DNA of 64,000 bases from an uncultured Acidimicrobiaceae bacterium (GTDB lineage: Bacteria; Actinomycetota; Acidimicrobiia; Spongiisociales; ZC4RG35), in NCBI GenBank assembly GCA_964645875.1, contig CAZYCX010000001.1, forward strand, positions 1,007 to 65,006, written 5' to 3'. The notes below the pieces were generated by a model. That model was not told the origin of the DNA. It made no database searches and was given only the letters and a program-made list of their open reading frames with translations. A program made the translations under genes and the position numbers. Positions 35,209 through 44,421 of the stretch are shown one piece after another. Numbering within the stretch: the stretch's first letter is position 1; each line of letters begins with the position of its first letter.

Positions 35209-36066
35209 TCAGGAGACCGGGTTCATCAGGCCGGTCTCGAGACGGTGCAGATAGTGGTCGGCCAGATAGTTGAGGAACCGGCGGGCCCGGGTGAAGTTGG
35301 CGGCCATGTCCTCGAGCGGCAGGTGGAGCTGAGAGGGCAGCGCCGCTTCGTTGGCCGCCCGGTCGTAACAGACGCTTCCCACCCGTTCGAGGAACTGGAG
35401 GTAGTCGACGCCGATCAGATCGTCGAGATCGACCCCGGCCAGAGTGGCCAGCCGGGCCTGACGCATGGCACTGATCGGATGGCGTGCGGTGTGGTCGGGG
35501 AAGATCCCGGTGTGGAAGAGAGCCACGTCACCGAGACGGCGATACCCGGCGGCACGCCGCCCCGAGGGAAGACTCTCCACCATCTCGGCGAGACCCACGG
35601 GGTCGAGTTCGCTGTAGCGACGACGCCGGTAGCCGCGGTCGGTCTTCACCCACACCGATCCGCTGGCGACCCTGGTGAAAGAGCTGAGGAACTCGCTCAT
35701 CAGATAGCGGCGGGTGATGTCGTCGATGAAATCGCGCAGGCTCTCGACGTCGAAGACCGGCAAACGCTCCCCCGCCCCGACCCACTCCGGCACGTATGAC
35801 GCCGCACCCAGGTCACTCATCGCCCTGTGCACCAGAACCGCGAAAGCCAGCAGGGGGCTGAGACCGGCGATCATCCCGGTCTCGGGGGTCTCGTAGATCA
35901 GCTCGTATAGACGGGGGTGGGCCAGCATCCCCTCGAGCGCCTCGGGCTCGCGGTCGAGCCGGGAACGGAGATCGTCGACGTCCGACGCCGGGTCATCCAG
36001 CGAGGAGAGCACCTCGAGGTCGTGCTCGGTGAGTCTCTCGACGAAGAGCAGCGGATAGTTCGACAT
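35209..36066 (-). CDS. hypothetical protein, all-helical, unknown function
   Basis: 285 aa track ORF with high GC3. MSNYPLLFVERLTEHDLEVLSSLDDPASDVDDLRSRLDREPEALEGMLAHPRLYELIYE.... No motif recognised. Confidence 0.6.
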   Translation of the reverse strand: MSNYPLLFVERLTEHDLEVLSSLDDPASDVDDLRSRLDREPEALEGMLAHPRLYELIYETPETGMIAGLSPLLAFAVLVHRAMSDLGAASYVPEWVGAGERLPVFDVESLRDFIDDITRRYLMSEFLSSFTRVASGSVWVKTDRGYRRRRYSELDPVGLAEMVESLPSGRRAAGYRRLGDVALFHTGIFPDHTARHPISAMRQARLATLAGVDLDDLIGVDYLQFLERVGSVCYDRAANEAALPSQLHLPLEDMAANFTRARRFLNYLADHYLHRLETGLMNPVS

Positions 36067-36114
36067 GGCAGCCTCTGCCCATCGTAGGGCAGTCCTGCCG
36101 TGAGGTGGGGAACG

Positions 36115-37500
36115 TCAGTCGTCATCATCATCATCACCATCGAGCTCGACCCCGAGCAGGTCGGCCAACTCGTAGAGGGCGGCCCGGGCGTCGTCGAGAC
36201 GGTCTCCACTCAGCTCGTCGTCGAGGTGGTCTTCGACTTCCTCCAGCTTGTCCTCGGCCTCGTCCATGTCGCCTTCCCTAGCCGCCTCTATGCCCTCGTC
36301 GACCTTCTTCATCACGTCCTCCACCTCGCGTGGTTTGACGTCCGAGCGCGGCGGGCTGGAGAGCACCGACTCCAGTTCGTTGCGGGCCCCGGTGATCCGG
36401 GCATCCAGCGAGGACAGGGTCGTGGGGGTGATCATCGTGGTGGTGGAAGACGTGGTCGTCGAGTCCTCGGCGACCACGGTGGTGGGCACGATGGCGGCGT
36501 CGGCCGGCGGGTCGTCGCCGGACATGGCGAGACCGAGCACGGTGAGACCCGTGGCTGCCAACACCAGGATCCCGGCGACCCACACCCACGCCGGTGTCTT
36601 CCGATCTTCGTCGTCGGAGGACGCGGAGGCGGGAGGCGACGAGGGTGTGGTCTCGAGGATCATCGTCGTCCCCTCGGAAGGGACGGGAGTCGACACGGTG
36701 GGTACGGCACGGGCGAGGACGTCGGCGAGGCCGGCGGCGTCGGGACGGGCCGACGGTGAGTCGGCTACGGCGCTAGCGACGGCCCGGTCGACCGATTCCT
36801 CCAGGGTGGCTCCGGTCTTGCGGATCAGCTCGTCGATGACCACACCCAGGGAGTAGACGTCTGACGCCGGGGTCGGCGCCTCACCCCCGAGCACCTCCGG
36901 TGCCGCATACGACGGTGTCGCCACCACCATGCCCGGCTGGGTCAGCTCAGCGGTGGCATCGGGGTCGGTGGCGATCCCGAAGTCGGTGAGCAGCGGGCCG
37001 CGCTCGGACATGATCACGTTGGCCGGCTTGACGTCACGGTGGACGACCCCGGCGGCATGGATTGTGGCCAGTGCGTCGGCGAGCCGTGCCCCCATGTCGA
37101 TCACCTCGGCACTCTCGAGCCGTCCTGCCATGTCCTGCAGCGTGGGGCCGTCGACCAGCTCCATCACCAGGTAGGGGCCGGTCTCATCCGTCCCGAAGTC
37201 GTACACCGTGATCAGGTTGGGATGGTTGAGCGAGGCGGCAGCCCGGGCTTCCCGGCTGAGACGTGCCGCCGAATCGTCACCCGGCGGGCCGGGATGGGGC
37301 CGCTTCACCGCCACCAGACGGTCGAGACGGATGTCCCGGGCCCTCCAGACGGTGGCCATGCCCCCCGAGGCGATGACCTCGAGGAGCTGGTAACGATCGT
37401 TGATGACTTCCACGGAGCGCTGATACCCGAAGTCGGCGGAAGGAAACCATGTTACGCCTGCGAATCGGGAGCGCGGCCCTGATGCCCGCCCGGAAACCAC
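36115..37500 (-). CDS. Hanks-type serine/threonine protein kinase, single TM, acidic helical C-terminal region
   Basis: GGMATVWRARD...VAVKRP, HRDVKPANV, TDFGIA, SYAAPEV. TM segment AWVWVAGILVLAATGLTVLGLAM. Tail ends GDDDDDD. Alternative start GTG 37413. Confidence 0.9.
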   Translation of the reverse strand: MVSGRASGPRSRFAGVTWFPSADFGYQRSVEVINDRYQLLEVIASGGMATVWRARDIRLDRLVAVKRPHPGPPGDDSAARLSREARAAASLNHPNLITVYDFGTDETGPYLVMELVDGPTLQDMAGRLESAEVIDMGARLADALATIHAAGVVHRDVKPANVIMSERGPLLTDFGIATDPDATAELTQPGMVVATPSYAAPEVLGGEAPTPASDVYSLGVVIDELIRKTGATLEESVDRAVASAVADSPSARPDAAGLADVLARAVPTVSTPVPSEGTTMILETTPSSPPASASSDDEDRKTPAWVWVAGILVLAATGLTVLGLAMSGDDPPADAAIVPTTVVAEDSTTTSSTTTMITPTTLSSLDARITGARNELESVLSSPPRSDVKPREVEDVMKKVDEGIEAAREGDMDEAEDKLEEVEDHLDDELSGDRLDDARAALYELADLLGVELDGDDDDDD

Positions 37501-37652
37501 AAAGGACCTTCGACCCTTGTGCCCGAGCCGCCCACGAGGCGATACCGAGGCGATACAAGAGCGCCTTGCGCGTTGACATGCCGATCAGAGTGGCAGTGAA
37601 GCCCGTGCAGGACCACGCCGGGTTGCCACCAACGGCTACCTTTCCGGCGATC

Positions 37653-37937
37653 ATGCAGGATCGGTCGACCGTCAGCCACAGCCCCGTCGCCACCATCAGC
37701 GGGATCGTCGGCATCGGCCTCTATCTCGTCGTCGGTTTTCTCTACCTGAGCAGCGGGCTGATGGTGCCCGGCCCCTGGCTCTTCATCCTCTGGGCGATCT
37801 GGCTGGCCGGTATCTACGTCCTGGTCGTCGTGTTCCGCAGGAGTCGGGTATGGACACCCATCGTCGCCGTGGCCGCCGCCGCGGTGTGGTGGGTCTACCT
37901 CACCGTCGGCGAGGCCGTCTTCGACTGGACCGCCTGA
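37653..37937 (+). CDS. small membrane protein (94 aa, 3 TM)
   Basis: Start moved to ATG 37653 within track ORF 37449..37937. MQDRSTVSHSPVATISGIVGIGLYLVVGFLYLSSGLMVPGPWLFILWAIWLAGIYVLVVVF... Confidence 0.55.
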   Translation: MQDRSTVSHSPVATISGIVGIGLYLVVGFLYLSSGLMVPGPWLFILWAIWLAGIYVLVVVFRRSRVWTPIVAVAAAAVWWVYLTVGEAVFDWTA

Positions 37938-38047
37938 GCGGGCTTCTTCTCGGGTTGCTCCCGCTCGGGCTCCCTCCCGGGCTCTGGATCAGGTCTGGGC
38001 TCGGGCTCGATGCGGATCTTGCGGGTGGGTTTGCCGATGTCCGCCAT
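37895..38047 (-). CDS. possible 50-aa Pro/Glu/Lys-rich small protein, translationally coupled to the upstream gene
   Basis: Below the ORF-track size cut-off; my own translation is MADIGKPTRKIRIEPEPRPDPEPGREPEREQPEKKPAQAVQSKTASPTVR. ATG 38047 shares one nt with the upstream TGA (TGATG). GGAGGTGG lies 5 nt upstream. By my hand count about 42 of 49 third positions are G/C. Confidence 0.35.
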   Translation of the reverse strand: MADIGKPTRKIRIEPEPRPDPEPGREPEREQPEKKPAQAVQSKTASPTVR

Positions 38048-39081
38048 CAAGCCACCTCCTGGCCGAGGTGAGGGCTCCCCACCGAGACCGCCAGCGACGG
38101 GTAGGCGGCGCGAATTCGATCGGCCCGTCGGGGGTCGCCCACCCAGAGAGCGGTGATCCGGGCATGAGACGCCCTATAGCCGTGTTCGTGCTCGATGACA
38201 TCGCCCCACATCTCCACCTGGCCGACGATGGACGATCCGCTGTAGAAGGCGTGGACATCGTCGGGGGTCTTCCCCGCGTAGATCCCACACACGTGATCCC
38301 AGGAGGGGACCTTCTCGCAGTGCCGACAGCCGGCCTCGAACTCGGTGGAGGGCCATAGGGCATAGACTCCACGCAGTGCCGACCCGTCCCAGTTCCATGA
38401 CCGCCAGCCGACGACATATCGATCGGACCAGTACTCCTCGTCCGGCTCAGTGACCGAGTGGCGCCGGGTGTAGGGGGTGTGGTGTTTCACCGGTTTGAGC
38501 CTGCCGGCCGTCGACCACAGCCAGTGGACGCTGACCGCCGCCACCGAGATCACCATCAACGCTCCCAGAGTCGGCGACGGCACCGGGAGACGAACTCCGG
38601 AGCCGTCTCCCAGTTGAGCGGCGCCGATGAACGCAGCCACTGCCAGTCCGACGACCAACACGCGCGCCATCCTGCTCACGACCGAGCCGGTATCCGTCGG
38701 GATCATCCGATCGATCACAAACAAGAGAGGAGACAGAACCAGGAAGGCGACGAAGACCGCTATCACCGCTCCGTAGGCCACCGCGGCAAGCCACACCAGC
38801 GAAACGATCCAGAAGCCGACCGTCTCCGGTCCCCCGGTGGAGACGATGACCACCGCGGGCACGCCGACCATGGCGAGCACATAGCAGAGGTAGGAGAGAT
38901 GGCGGCGTACGAGAGTGCGAGCAGAGGCGAGGCCCTTCCTCGCCTCAGAGCCCGTCCGATGCGTTACCACGTCGTCAGCGAACCAGAGTCTCATCTCGGC
39001 AAGAGTCAACGCTACTCGGATTGAGCCGGCACGGGGACGGGACTCCACGGCGGAGCCGATAATCCTCCGCCAGCTCTCCAC
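38047..39081 (-). CDS. membrane protein with a C-terminal Cys/His-containing soluble domain of unknown function
   Basis: 344 aa with 4-5 TM helices. Then YVVGWRSWNWDGSALRGVYALWPSTEFEAGCRHCEKVPSWDHVCGIYAGKTPDDVHAFYSGSSIVGQVEMWGDVIEHEHGYRASHARITALWV. The C..H.P...C.CGIYA / EHE.GYRA pattern resembles an uncharacterised domain I recall from actinobacterial and actinophage proteins. Confidence 0.65.
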   Translation of the reverse strand: MESWRRIIGSAVESRPRAGSIRVALTLAEMRLWFADDVVTHRTGSEARKGLASARTLVRRHLSYLCYVLAMVGVPAVVIVSTGGPETVGFWIVSLVWLAAVAYGAVIAVFVAFLVLSPLLFVIDRMIPTDTGSVVSRMARVLVVGLAVAAFIGAAQLGDGSGVRLPVPSPTLGALMVISVAAVSVHWLWSTAGRLKPVKHHTPYTRRHSVTEPDEEYWSDRYVVGWRSWNWDGSALRGVYALWPSTEFEAGCRHCEKVPSWDHVCGIYAGKTPDDVHAFYSGSSIVGQVEMWGDVIEHEHGYRASHARITALWVGDPRRADRIRAAYPSLAVSVGSPHLGQEVA

Positions 39082-39277
39082 CGGGCCGGTTAACGTCCCG
39101 GGGCGCGGAGAAAGGACGTGTGTCGATGATCGTCATGAGAATCTCGAGCCGTGGATCGGCACCGGCCCCCAACCGCACCCGGTCCCCTCTTTGAGTACGA
39201 GGCGAGCCCGCGGGCGCTAGCCGACCACGCGTGCCTCTGACCCGTCCCGTTTCGGCCGTCCCCGTCCAGGTGAACCA

Positions 39278-41032
39278 ATGATCCCCGTACGCCGCTATCT
39301 CAGACTGCTGAGCCAATACCTCCGGCCTCTGCGCAAGCGCATGGGTCTCCTCGGAGCGGTCGTGCTCGCCGACATCGGCCTGCAGCTGATCGGGCCACAG
39401 CTGATCAAGCGATTCATCGACGGCGCCATCGCAGGGCTGGGATCTCCGGTGCTAGTGCCGATCGCGGCCTGGTTCATGGTGATCGCGGTGACCCAGCAGG
39501 GCATGGCGGTGTGGGCAACCTACATCGCCGAAGACGTGGGCTGGAGGGCCACCAACAGCCTGCGTGCCGATCTCGCCGACCATGTGGTCCATCTCGACAT
39601 GGGATTCCACAAGTCACACTCGGCCGGGGAACTGATCGAGCGGATCGACGGAGACGTCACCAACCTGTCCAACTTCTTCTCGGCGATGACCTTGAAGGTC
39701 ATCGGCAACGGGACCCTCATCGTCGGGATCCTGATCCTGCTCACCCTGGAGAGCTGGCTCATCGGCGCCGCCATCGCCGGATTCACCGCGCTATCGATCT
39801 TCGCCATGACCCGGCTCCACGAGGTGGCGGTCCCCTGGTGGAAGTCGGTGCGCGCCGCCGCGGCGGAAACCTACGGATTCGTCGGCGAGCAGGTGGAGGG
39901 CACCGAGGACATCAGAGCCAACGGCGCCGCCGGGTACATGCAGGAGCGGTTCGCCGACATGCTGCGACGGTGGCTCCCCCTGGAGGTGCGGGCCTGGATG
40001 GGATTCGCCATCCTCTGGTCGACCAGCCTCGTCCTCTACGGCCTGTCCACCTCCATCGTGTTCGTCGCCGGAGGATGGCTGTTCGGCATCGGCACCATCA
40101 CCATCGGGTCGGTCTACCTGGTGTTCCACTACACCGAGATGACCCGTCGCCCCATCGAGCAGATCCGCTCCCAGCTCGAGGACCTGCAGAAGGCAGGAGC
40201 CGCGATCGCCCGTGTCGAGGAGTTGCTGGCTATAGAAAACCGGCTCCGACCAGCCGGGGACCACCACATCCCCGAAGGGCCGCTGTCGGTGGAGTTCGAC
40301 CAGGTCTCGTTCGCCTACCACGACTCCGACGAACCCGGCGAGCCGGTGCTCCACGACGTCTCCTTCTCCATCGCACCGGGTCGGGTGGTCGGTCTCCTGG
40401 GACGCACCGGTTCGGGCAAGTCGACCGTCGCCCGTCTCCTCACCCGTCTCTACGAGCCCCAGGAGGGCGAGATCAGGGTGGGCGGGGTGGCCACATGGGA
40501 CGCCCCTCTCGACGAGCTCCGGGCCCGGGTGGGGATGGTGACCCAGGACGTGCAGCTGTTCCGGGCGACGGTGCGCGACAACCTCACCTTCTTCGACCGG
40601 AGCATCCCCGATGAGCGCCTCCATCAGGTGATCGAGCGGCTCGAGCTGCGCGAATGGCTCGAATCCATGCCGGACGGGCTGGACACGATGCTCGAGTCGG
40701 GAAGTGGCGGGCTCTCGGCGGGACAGGGACAGCTCCTCGCCTTCACCCGGATCTTCCTGGCCAACCCCTCCATCGTGGTTCTCGACGAGGCGTCATCCCG
40801 GCTCGACCCCGCCACCGAGGTGCTCATCGAGCGTGCCGTCGACCACCTGCTGGAGGACCGCACCGGGATCATCATCGCCCACCGCCTGCACACCGTCACC
40901 CGCAGCGACGACATCTTGGTCCTCGACGAAGGCAGGGTCGTCGAGTTCGGTGAGCGAACCAAGCTGGTCGCCGATCCCGGGTCCCGATTCTACCGCCTCC
41001 TGGCCACCGGGATGGAGGAGGTACTGGCATGA
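39278..41032 (+). CDS. ABC exporter, fused permease/ATPase (type I exporter half-transporter)
   Basis: 584 aa. Six-TM domain; Walker A GRTGSGKST, signature LSAGQGQLLAF, Walker B IVVLDEASS. Confidence 0.9.
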   Translation: MIPVRRYLRLLSQYLRPLRKRMGLLGAVVLADIGLQLIGPQLIKRFIDGAIAGLGSPVLVPIAAWFMVIAVTQQGMAVWATYIAEDVGWRATNSLRADLADHVVHLDMGFHKSHSAGELIERIDGDVTNLSNFFSAMTLKVIGNGTLIVGILILLTLESWLIGAAIAGFTALSIFAMTRLHEVAVPWWKSVRAAAAETYGFVGEQVEGTEDIRANGAAGYMQERFADMLRRWLPLEVRAWMGFAILWSTSLVLYGLSTSIVFVAGGWLFGIGTITIGSVYLVFHYTEMTRRPIEQIRSQLEDLQKAGAAIARVEELLAIENRLRPAGDHHIPEGPLSVEFDQVSFAYHDSDEPGEPVLHDVSFSIAPGRVVGLLGRTGSGKSTVARLLTRLYEPQEGEIRVGGVATWDAPLDELRARVGMVTQDVQLFRATVRDNLTFFDRSIPDERLHQVIERLELREWLESMPDGLDTMLESGSGGLSAGQGQLLAFTRIFLANPSIVVLDEASSRLDPATEVLIERAVDHLLEDRTGIIIAHRLHTVTRSDDILVLDEGRVVEFGERTKLVADPGSRFYRLLATGMEEVLA

Positions 41033-42795
41033 GCACCAGGGAGATCCCGATCTGGCGGGTCGTGGCGAGGCTGGTTGCCAACTCGCCCGGCCACTACGTC
41101 ACCAGCGCCCTCGCCTGGATCTCGATCTGGACGATGCCACTCGCCGTCGGGCTCATCGCCGCCGCATTCTTCGACAGTCTCTCCGGCACCGCCGGGTGGA
41201 ACCTGCCCACGCTCGTGGCCGCGCTCTGGGCGTATGTGATCGTCCGGATCGGGTTCGTCCTCCTCGCCATGCGCCTCCACAGCTCCCTGCTGTTCCGGGC
41301 CGGGTCCGGGATGCGCCGCTCGATGTTGCGCTGGCTCTACACGCTGCCCGGTGCCCAACCGGTCTCCGAGACGCCGGGCGAAGTGGTGAGCCGGTTCCGC
41401 GACGACGTCAACCATGCCGTCGAGGCCTACGACTTCACCGTCGACCTCATCGGGTCGATCGTGTCGAGCACGGTGGCGGTGCTGATCCTGGTCGCCATCG
41501 ATCCGCTGATCACCGCGGTGGTGTTCACCCCGATCTTGGTGGTGATCGCGGTTACCAGCCGCCTCGGGGCCCGGATCCGCCGCTACCGGCGCGCGGCGCG
41601 CGACGCCACCGAGGCGATCACCGGGTTCCTCGGCGAGACCCTGTCCTCGGTCCAGTCGGTGAAGGTCGCCGACGCGGAGCGGCCCATGCTGGCCCACTTC
41701 GAGGCGCTCAACGACGAGCGCAAGACGATGATGGTGCGCGACCGGACCTTCACCGCCGGCATCGAGGCCGTCTTCTACAACACGGTGAGCATCGGCACCG
41801 GGTTGATCCTGATCCTGGCGGTGGACATGCTGGGTGCAGGCGACTCGGCCGGGCTGACCATCGGCCAGTTCAGCCTCTTCGTCTATCTGCTGCAGTTGGT
41901 CACCGAGTCGGCATGGTTCATCGGAACCTTCCTGGCCCGGCTGCGTCAGGCCGAGGTGTCGGTGCGGCGGCAGGTCGACTTGATGCGTGGGGCGGGATGG
42001 CGCGACCTCACCGCCGACGTCGGGCTGGAATCGCAGATCGGTGTCCGAGCCGCCGACGAGCTGACGAGTGACCATGGCGCACCGCTGATCTCGGCCACGG
42101 GTCTCTCCTATCGCTACCCGTCTTCGGGCAAGGGCATCGAGGAGGTCGACATCGAGGTGCCCGAGGGGGGTTTCGTGGTGGTCACCGGGAAGATCGGCTC
42201 GGGCAAGAGCACCCTGCTCCGCGCGATCCTCGGCCTCGTCCCCGTCGATGAGGGTGAGATTCGCTGGAAGGGGGCCGTCGTCGACGATCCGGCAGGGTTC
42301 ATGGTCCCGCCGCGGGCGGCCTACACCCCGCAGACGCCACGTCTGTTCTCGATGAGCCTCCGCGACAACCTCCTGCTCGGGTACGAGGCCGACGAGGAGA
42401 CACTGCTTCGCTCGGTGAAGACCGCCACCATGACCCGGGACGTCGCCTCGATGTCCGACGGGTTCGACACCATGGTCGGCCCCCGCGGGGTGCGGCTCTC
42501 CGGGGGCCAGGTGCAACGGTCTGCGGCGGCGAGGATGCTGGTGCGCTCACCACAACTCCTGGTGTTCGACGACCTCTCTTCGGCCCTCGACGTCGAAACG
42601 GAGGCCGAGCTGTGGGAGGGGCTGTTCTCCCGTGGCGAGACCACCACGGTCCTCGCCGTCTCTCATCGCCGACCCGCCCTGCAGCGGGCAGATCAGGTGG
42701 TGGTCATGGACGGAGGCAGGATCGTGGCCGCAGGCAAAGCCGTCGAGTTGATGGAGACCAGCCCCCTGTTCCGCGAGATGTGGGCCGACGACTGA
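41029..42795 (+). CDS. ABC exporter, fused permease/ATPase (partner half-transporter)
   Basis: 588 aa. ATG overlaps the upstream stop by 4 nt. Walker A GKIGSGKST, signature LSGGQVQRSAAAR, Walker B LLVFDDLSSALD. Confidence 0.9.
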   Translation: MSTREIPIWRVVARLVANSPGHYVTSALAWISIWTMPLAVGLIAAAFFDSLSGTAGWNLPTLVAALWAYVIVRIGFVLLAMRLHSSLLFRAGSGMRRSMLRWLYTLPGAQPVSETPGEVVSRFRDDVNHAVEAYDFTVDLIGSIVSSTVAVLILVAIDPLITAVVFTPILVVIAVTSRLGARIRRYRRAARDATEAITGFLGETLSSVQSVKVADAERPMLAHFEALNDERKTMMVRDRTFTAGIEAVFYNTVSIGTGLILILAVDMLGAGDSAGLTIGQFSLFVYLLQLVTESAWFIGTFLARLRQAEVSVRRQVDLMRGAGWRDLTADVGLESQIGVRAADELTSDHGAPLISATGLSYRYPSSGKGIEEVDIEVPEGGFVVVTGKIGSGKSTLLRAILGLVPVDEGEIRWKGAVVDDPAGFMVPPRAAYTPQTPRLFSMSLRDNLLLGYEADEETLLRSVKTATMTRDVASMSDGFDTMVGPRGVRLSGGQVQRSAAARMLVRSPQLLVFDDLSSALDVETEAELWEGLFSRGETTTVLAVSHRRPALQRADQVVVMDGGRIVAAGKAVELMETSPLFREMWADD

Positions 42796-42811
42796 GGCCC
42801 GGAACCCGAGG

Positions 42812-43201
42812 TCAGCCTTCTCGAACCCGCCCACCCAGCCAGGCGAGCACGACGAGGAGCGGCACTTGGGTGGCGACATAGATCATGTGGGCCTGATAGT
42901 GCTCGACCGACTGCTCCGGCTCGAAAGGCAGGACCGATAGCGGAAAGACCGTGAGAAAGGCGCCCACGATCAGGCTCAACAGGACCCATGCCGCAGTGAC
43001 GAGCACCAGCATCCGACCGGGTCGCATCCACCACCAGATGAGCAGCGCAATCGTGGGGACGATGATGCTCATCATCTCCGGCGCCCACAGCTGCATCCCC
43101 GGGAACTCCTCTGCGTTGTGGAACACCCCTCCGATAGCGGAAACGACCAGCCCCAAACTCACCCACAGCTTCACGCTCGTGGTGGTGACGGCTTCGATCA
43201 C
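42812..43201 (-). CDS. small membrane protein
   Basis: GTG 43201 overlaps the methyltransferase stop (GTGA). VIEAVTTTSVKLWVSLGLVVSAIGGVF..., 4 TM. Confidence 0.55.
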   Translation of the reverse strand: MIEAVTTTSVKLWVSLGLVVSAIGGVFHNAEEFPGMQLWAPEMMSIIVPTIALLIWWWMRPGRMLVLVTAAWVLLSLIVGAFLTVFPLSVLPFEPEQSVEHYQAHMIYVATQVPLLVVLAWLGGRVREG

Positions 43202-43806
43202 GCCCGTTTGGTGAGCAGGAATGCGGCCACCCTCCAATCGTCGTCGCGGGAGAACGGCTCGATCTCCCACTGGGCACCGAACAACTCATCCAGCTCTCCG
43301 GGAGCGATGTGACTCAGCTTCGAGGTTCCCCGGAAGCTGATCAGGGGCAGTTCCTCGGTCTCTCCGTAGAAGCAGTACTCGAGAAACTTGGATCCGGGTC
43401 GGGAGAGACGGGTGATGGTGTCGGCCATGGCTGCACGAGACTCGCCGCGCACGTCGTCGAGAGTCCCGAAGTCGACCAGGAAGTCGAAGGTGCCTTCGAT
43501 CCCCGGTATCGAGGGAGCCGTCAGGTCGCCGACGACGAACTGCGCATCGAGCCCGACCGCGGCGGCACGGGCCCGCGCCTTGCGGATGGCGATCTCCGAG
43601 AAGTCGACCCCCCAGGCTTCGAACCCGGCCTCCGCCAGGTGGACGACGTTCGCCCCGGTCCCACAACCCAGGTCGATGGAGCGGGGATGGCGGTCAGGGT
43701 CGACATCGCCCCGTTCCAGGAGGTCGACCAGGTCCCGGCGCACCCCCACCGAGTCCCAGGGCGCCCACACCCGGTACATCCAGTCGTAGACCCGGGCGGA
43801 CACCAT
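43198..43806 (-). CDS. class I SAM-dependent methyltransferase
   Basis: 202 aa. Motif I SIDLGCGTGANVVHLAEAGFEAWGVDFS. Confidence 0.85.
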   Translation of the reverse strand: MVSARVYDWMYRVWAPWDSVGVRRDLVDLLERGDVDPDRHPRSIDLGCGTGANVVHLAEAGFEAWGVDFSEIAIRKARARAAAVGLDAQFVVGDLTAPSIPGIEGTFDFLVDFGTLDDVRGESRAAMADTITRLSRPGSKFLEYCFYGETEELPLISFRGTSKLSHIAPGELDELFGAQWEIEPFSRDDDWRVAAFLLTKRA

Positions 43807-44414
43807 CAGCGTGCCTCCGCCATCTCCCGTCGCAACAAGACCACCCAGGCTATGAATCCGATGAAGGCCAGGGTCATCCCGACCATGACCAGCGGGCTGT
43901 TCGGTCCCATGGGACTACCCAGAGCCCCGACCACGAAACCGGCGCCAACCAGGTAGGTCACCCGGGTGAGACGACGGCTGAACAGCCCGGCTCGACCCCC
44001 GACCCGGGCGAGCATGAGGAACCAGACCCCCTCTAGACCGAAGCCGACGAACTGCATCCCCAACCCCCCACCGGCGGGGACGAACTCGTGAGACACCTCC
44101 GAGGTCAGCAGGACGATGCTGCCGATGATGACGATCGTCATGGCGGCCAGGCCCACCCAGCGGGCGGTCCGGGAGATGTTTCCGACGACCGGGCGAGCGA
44201 GGGTGTCGAGACCGATCACCACCGGCATCATCGCCGCGGCGAGTGCGAGGGCGAGGGCATCGCTGATCGTGAACCAGATCCCGCCCACGGTGGTGAACCC
44301 GGCATAGGCGAGGAGGCTCAGGACGAAGACGACGAGGGCGACGAGGCTCCAGGTCCTGACCTGTTCCCTGGTCCCCGCACGTGCGCCGTGGGCGACTCCT
44401 TCTGCTGTGGTCAT
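43806..44414 (-). CDS. integral membrane protein, unknown function
   Basis: Start moved to ATG 44414 (MTTAEGVAHGARAGTREQVRTWSLVALVVFVLSLLAY...). 6 TM. Its stop overlaps the methyltransferase start by 1 nt. Confidence 0.6.
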   Translation of the reverse strand: MTTAEGVAHGARAGTREQVRTWSLVALVVFVLSLLAYAGFTTVGGIWFTISDALALALAAAMMPVVIGLDTLARPVVGNISRTARWVGLAAMTIVIIGSIVLLTSEVSHEFVPAGGGLGMQFVGFGLEGVWFLMLARVGGRAGLFSRRLTRVTYLVGAGFVVGALGSPMGPNSPLVMVGMTLAFIGFIAWVVLLRREMAEAR

Positions 44415-44421
44415 GGCCTGC

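Noticed and set aside
36115-36140. (GAT)4(GAC)2 simple repeat encoding the poly-Asp C-terminus of the Ser/Thr kinase, as a possible phase-variation tract
   Set aside because: The repeat unit is a triplet, so slippage keeps the frame. It is very short and more likely just an acidic tail.
39134-39202. 22-codon uORF (MIVMRISSRGSAPAPNRTRSPL) upstream of the ABC exporter, with a GGAGAAAGGA nearby
   Set aside because: It is short, has only modest GC3 bias and I can see no conservation evidence. It was not convincing enough to report as a feature.
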